Shown in pieces: positions 60,556-64,000 of a stretch of 64,000 bases of DNA. The stretch's first letter is position 1, and each line of letters begins with the position of its first letter. This DNA comes from Acidimicrobiales bacterium. Lineage in GTDB: Bacteria; Actinomycetota; Acidimicrobiia; Acidimicrobiales; Bog-793. The translations under genes were made by a program, and so were the position numbers. The stretch covers positions 30,061 through 94,060 of the forward strand of contig DATGLP010000002.1 in assembly GCA_035294085.1 (NCBI GenBank), written 5' to 3'. The notes below the pieces were generated by a model. It was not told the origin of the DNA, did not search any database, and saw nothing but the letters and a program-made list of their open reading frames with translations.

Positions 60556-63500
60556 ATGCGCTGCGCGTCGGGCGCCCTCGCGGCGCGCGAGGTGGGCTGG
60601 CGGCGCCCTCGGGGTGGTGCCGTCGGGCCCGCGCGCCGGTCGGGGCTCCTGGCGCTCGCCGGCCTGGCGGGGCTGGTCGGCGCCGTGGTCTCCTCGGCGA
60701 GCGGGGCCGAGGCGCTCGCGGCGCCGCGGCCGCGTGCGGCCGTTCCGACCGGCTGGCGGGTCGGGATGGCGCCGACGGTCGGCTTCGTGCGCGCCCATCG
60801 AGGGCTGTTCCCGAGCTCGACCGCCTCGGCGCCGACGTCCGGGGTCTCCGACCTCACGTACGGCGGGGGCCAGGTGATCAGCGGGGCGCCTCGCGTCTAC
60901 CTCGACTTCTGGGGGAGCCAGTGGGGGAGCGAGACCACCGACGCGGCGGGCGACGCGACCTTCTCGGGGGACCCCGACGCGCTCGCGCCGACCCTCCAGG
61001 AGCTCTTCAGGGGCCTCGGCAGCGGGGGAGAGACCTGGAGCGGCACGACCACCGAGTACTGCGAGACCGGGTCGATCGTCGTCGAGACCGGCGCGACGAG
61101 CTGCCCGTCGGGGGCGACGAGCGTCGGCTACCCTGCCGGCGGCGCGCTCGCGGGGGTCTGGGAGGACGCGGCCTCGCCCGCGCCCGCGTCGGCGACGCCC
61201 AGCCAGATCGCGCAGGAGGCGATCGCCGCGGCCGCGCACTTCGGGAACGGGTCGCCGAGCGCCAACGCGAGCGCGATCTACGTCGTCGTCTCGCCGACCG
61301 GGACGAACCCCGGCGGCGGCTTCGGCACGACCTACTGCGCCTGGCACGACGACACCGCCGACGGCTACTCGGTGCAGCCGAGCTACCCCGGCGAGGACCT
61401 GCCCTTCGTCAACCTCCCCTACGTCCCCGACGCCGGCGCGGACTGCGGCGCGTACTCGGTGGACGCGGGGAGCGCCGGCCTCCTCGACGGCCTCACCGAG
61501 GTCGCGGTGCACGAGTACGCCGAGACGCTCACGGATCCCTTCCCGCCCACGGGCTGGATCGACCCGAACGGCTACGAGATCGCCGACAAGTGCGCCTACC
61601 TCCCCTTCGGCGAGCCCAGCGGCGTGCAGGACGTCGCCCTGTCGACCGGCACCTTCGCCGTCCAGTCGCTGTGGTCGAACGGCCTCGGCCGCTGCGTCGT
61701 CGCTGCGCCGGTGCTCTCGGACGGCTCGCCGGATCCGGGCGTCGTCGACCTGTCGGCTCCTTCGAGCGAGACGACCGACGTGCACGACACCGCGCACGTC
61801 GCGCTCTCCGTCGACGACCCCGGCGAGACGGTCTCCTTCGGCGCTACCGGCCTGCCGCCGGGCCTCGAGATCGACCCCGCGACGGGGCTCGTCTCGGGCT
61901 CGCCGAGCGCGACCGGGACCTACTCGGTCACCGTCACGGCGAGCGACGCCGCGGGCAGGCAGGCGCGGGCGTTCTTCCCCTGGATGGTGCCCGGGACCGA
62001 CGACGTGCGCTTCGCGAGCGGGTACGCGCTCGAGACGAGCGTCCCCGGTCGAGCCGTCGACCTCGACGTCGCGGCGGCGTCGTCCTCGGCCGGGTTCCCC
62101 GTCTCCTACGAGGCGAGCGGGTTGCCGCCCGGGCTCTCGATGTCGTCCACGGGGGTCGTCTCGGGCTCGCCGAGCGCGACCGGGACCTTCGCCGTGTCGC
62201 TCGTGGCGACCGACGCCGCCGGCGCGAGCGCCGCGACGTCCCTCACCTGGAGGGTCCTGCCGGCGAGCGCGGTGGTCGACCTCGCGAGCCCCGCCCTCGC
62301 ATCGACGACGGTCGGCGGCCCGGTCGACCTCTCCCTCAGCGCGACCGACGCGGGCGTGGCGGTCGCGAGCTACGGCGCCACCGGCCTGCCGCCCGGGCTC
62401 GCGCTCGATCCCTCGACCGGCGTCATCTCGGGGGTGCCGACGGCCGCGGGGACCGACGCGGTCGTCCTCTCGGCGACGGGCGTGGACGGCTCCGTTGCGA
62501 GCCGGTCGCTCGCCTGGACGGTCGAGCCGGACGCCGTCGCGCTCTCGAGCCCCGGCGCCCAGCGCACGACGGTCTCCCAGGCCGTCGACCTTCCGCTCAG
62601 CGCCACGGACGCCGCCGGGTCGAGCCTGTCCTACGGCGCCACCGGCCTGCCGCCCGGGCTCGCGCTCGATCCCTCGACGGGCGTCATCTCCGGCGTGGCG
62701 ACGGTCGCGGGGACCTACGCCGTCACCGTCAGCGCGCGCGCGGCGACGGGCGCCTCGGCGAGCGCGACCTTCGACTGGCGCGTCCTGCCCGCCCCCACCC
62801 GGGCCGCGCCGCCGCCCGCCGCGGTCGGCCGTGCCCAGCTCGCGGCGCCTGCCTCCGGGGTCGTCCGGGCGGGCGGGACGGTCCGCCTCGTTCGCACCGT
62901 CACGCGCGGCCTGCGGGTGACGGTCACGGTGCCTCGCGGCGCGCTGGCGCCGGGCACGACGGTGAGCCTGTACCCGGTGGCGAGCGCTACCGGCCTGCGC
63001 GAGGCGGTCCGAAGCGGCCAGCGGCTCCTCGCGGGGTTCGCGCTCTCCTGGCGCGCCCCGACCGGCGGGGCGCCCGTGGCGAGGCTGCCGGTCGCAGTGG
63101 TGCTCGACGGGCGCGCGCTCGCCGCCGGGGACGCGCTCTACGAGGTCACCTCGCCGGGTCGCCGGTCGCGCCCGACAGCGACCGGGCGCGCCGTCGGGCG
63201 CCTGGAGCTCTCGCGTCCGGGCGTGGTCGTCCTCGTCGCGACGCCCGGCGTCGCCGTCGTCGGCGACGGACGCCTCGTGCTCGACGGTCGCGGGGTCGAG
63301 GTCCTCCTCGCGTGCTCGCGCAGCGCCTGCCGGGGGGTCGCGACGCTCGAGCAGGTCCGTGTCGTGGCGGCGCGCGAGCGCGTCGTGAGGGACGTGCAGG
63401 TCGGACGGCGCACGGTGCGGCGCACCGTGACGCAGGTCGCGCGCCGGCGGACGGTTGTCGTCCTCGCCCGCGCGCGCTGGTCCGCCCCGGCCGGCGCGGC

Positions 63501-63708
63501 GCGCCTCGTCGTCCTCGCGCTCGCCGCGCCAGGTCGGGCCGTGCTCGAGCCGCCCTCGCGGCCAGTCTCCGCCACGCTCGAGGTGACGGTGGCGGGCGGA
63601 ACCGGGCTCTCCCGGCGCGTCGTCGTCGTCCGAGGCGGCGAGCGGGCCCACCTGGCGGCGAGCCGGTCGTTCGGCGCCGGCCGGGCGCGAGGAGGCGCCG
63701 CTCGCTGA
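60556..63708 (+). CDS. Large secreted protein: signal peptide + unassigned ~370-aa N-domain + 4 He_PIG-type Ig repeats + Arg/Val-rich beta C-domain
   Basis: ATG 60556: ..ARRSGLLALAGLAGLVGAVVSSASGAEA (signal, possibly Tat). N-domain motifs: VYLDFWGSQWG, YCAWHDD, VHEYAETLTDP, DKCAY, SLWSN..RC. Four repeats of ..GATGLPPGLxxDPxTGxxSGxPxxxGTYxVTV... No LPxTG, no TM. An upstream in-frame ORF extension to 59734 is rejected because it overlaps the PhtD-like gene. Confidence 0.7.
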   Translation: MRCASGALAAREVGWRRPRGGAVGPARRSGLLALAGLAGLVGAVVSSASGAEALAAPRPRAAVPTGWRVGMAPTVGFVRAHRGLFPSSTASAPTSGVSDLTYGGGQVISGAPRVYLDFWGSQWGSETTDAAGDATFSGDPDALAPTLQELFRGLGSGGETWSGTTTEYCETGSIVVETGATSCPSGATSVGYPAGGALAGVWEDAASPAPASATPSQIAQEAIAAAAHFGNGSPSANASAIYVVVSPTGTNPGGGFGTTYCAWHDDTADGYSVQPSYPGEDLPFVNLPYVPDAGADCGAYSVDAGSAGLLDGLTEVAVHEYAETLTDPFPPTGWIDPNGYEIADKCAYLPFGEPSGVQDVALSTGTFAVQSLWSNGLGRCVVAAPVLSDGSPDPGVVDLSAPSSETTDVHDTAHVALSVDDPGETVSFGATGLPPGLEIDPATGLVSGSPSATGTYSVTVTASDAAGRQARAFFPWMVPGTDDVRFASGYALETSVPGRAVDLDVAAASSSAGFPVSYEASGLPPGLSMSSTGVVSGSPSATGTFAVSLVATDAAGASAATSLTWRVLPASAVVDLASPALASTTVGGPVDLSLSATDAGVAVASYGATGLPPGLALDPSTGVISGVPTAAGTDAVVLSATGVDGSVASRSLAWTVEPDAVALSSPGAQRTTVSQAVDLPLSATDAAGSSLSYGATGLPPGLALDPSTGVISGVATVAGTYAVTVSARAATGASASATFDWRVLPAPTRAAPPPAAVGRAQLAAPASGVVRAGGTVRLVRTVTRGLRVTVTVPRGALAPGTTVSLYPVASATGLREAVRSGQRLLAGFALSWRAPTGGAPVARLPVAVVLDGRALAAGDALYEVTSPGRRSRPTATGRAVGRLELSRPGVVVLVATPGVAVVGDGRLVLDGRGVEVLLACSRSACRGVATLEQVRVVAARERVVRDVQVGRRTVRRTVTQVARRRTVVVLARARWSAPAGAARLVVLALAAPGRAVLEPPSRPVSATLEVTVAGGTGLSRRVVVVRGGERAHLAASRSFGAGRARGGAAR
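61741..62790 (+). repeat. Four tandem ~87-89-codon He_PIG (putative Ig) domain repeats inside the secreted-protein gene
   Basis: Repeat cores: 61831-61990, 62100-62262, 62360-62530, 62625-62790. The DNA is near-identical between units 3 and 4 (62371-62430 vs 62632-62691, 1 mismatch in 60 nt). Units 1 and 2 share a 33-nt identical block (61889-61921 vs 62156-62188). Confidence 0.85.
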
Positions 63709-63824
63709 CCGCTCGCCCGTCCCGGGCGACCCACACCGTCGCCGACGGGCCGGGCCCCCGGTCCCCGCGCGGGATCGGGCCTGGCCCGACTCGGTGCGCC
63801 GTGCGCCCGGTCCCCCCGAAGCCC

Positions 63825-64000
63825 TCAGGAGCGCACGATGTGGCAGGTGCGCACGGGCTCGAGGCGGTAGACGACGCGGGGGAGGCGCACGGCGACGACG
63901 ATCCGCCGGCCGTGGCGGATCTCCACCTCGTGCACCGTGACGAGGCGTCGCACGACGACGAGCCGGCGCACCCTGACGCGGCGCCGGTGGCCGTCGACGA
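63825..64000 (-). CDS. C-terminal 58 codons of an unknown Arg/Val-rich protein (5' part outside the window)
   Basis: Reverse frame reads ..VDGHRRRVRVRRLVVVRRLVTVHEVEIRHGRRIVVAVRLPRVVYRLEPVRTCHIVRS*, with GC3 of essentially 100%. Absent from the ORF track because no start lies in the window. Confidence 0.45.
   Translation of the reverse strand, partial: VDGHRRRVRVRRLVVVRRLVTVHEVEIRHGRRIVVAVRLPRVVYRLEPVRTCHIVRS

Overview
Very GC-rich (by eye >70% G+C, third codon positions almost saturated with G/C) actinobacterial-type chromosome segment.

Core region (about 50 kb), with Mycobacterium/Streptomyces-like synteny:
- ychF; Ni-superoxide dismutase sodN plus its maturation peptidase sodX; mshA; proC plus a small HTH gene
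- rex-hemA-hemC-cobA/hemD-hemB-hemL
- a geranylgeranyl-reductase-family flavoprotein
- a complete nuoA-N operon (14 genes, most junctions overlapping by 1-4 nt)
- yajQ; tRNA-Tyr
- a cell-envelope block: SGNH lipoprotein, YfhO-like membrane protein, MptB/GT-C-like glycosyltransferase, Amidase_3, PAT-type GNAT
- tRNA-Thr/tRNA-Met/rpmG; an ECF sigma + zinc anti-sigma pair; tRNA-Trp-secE-nusG-rplKA-rplJL-rpoBC

Accessory region (last ~14 kb, 49.9-64 kb), starting exactly at the rpoC stop codon:
- a divergent DHA2-MFS/LysR pair
- a same-strand cluster that I consider the most unusual content of the window: a cytoplasmic sulfotransferase-like gene translationally coupled to a 14-TM MFS transporter fused (via a 15th TM helix) to an arylsulfotransferase (ASST)-like domain, then a small lipoprotein, a second Tat-signal ASST paralogue, a DUF62 SAM hydrolase and a PhtD-like decarboxylase
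- a ~1050-aa secreted protein with an unassigned N-domain and four He_PIG-type Ig repeats

No CRISPR array, transposase, integrase or rRNA was seen. All calls were made by eye from the sequence and ORF track; start codons and family names need HMM/BLAST confirmation. The many long Arg/Ala/Gly/Pro-rich ORFs in the track are alternate-frame or antisense shadows of real genes.
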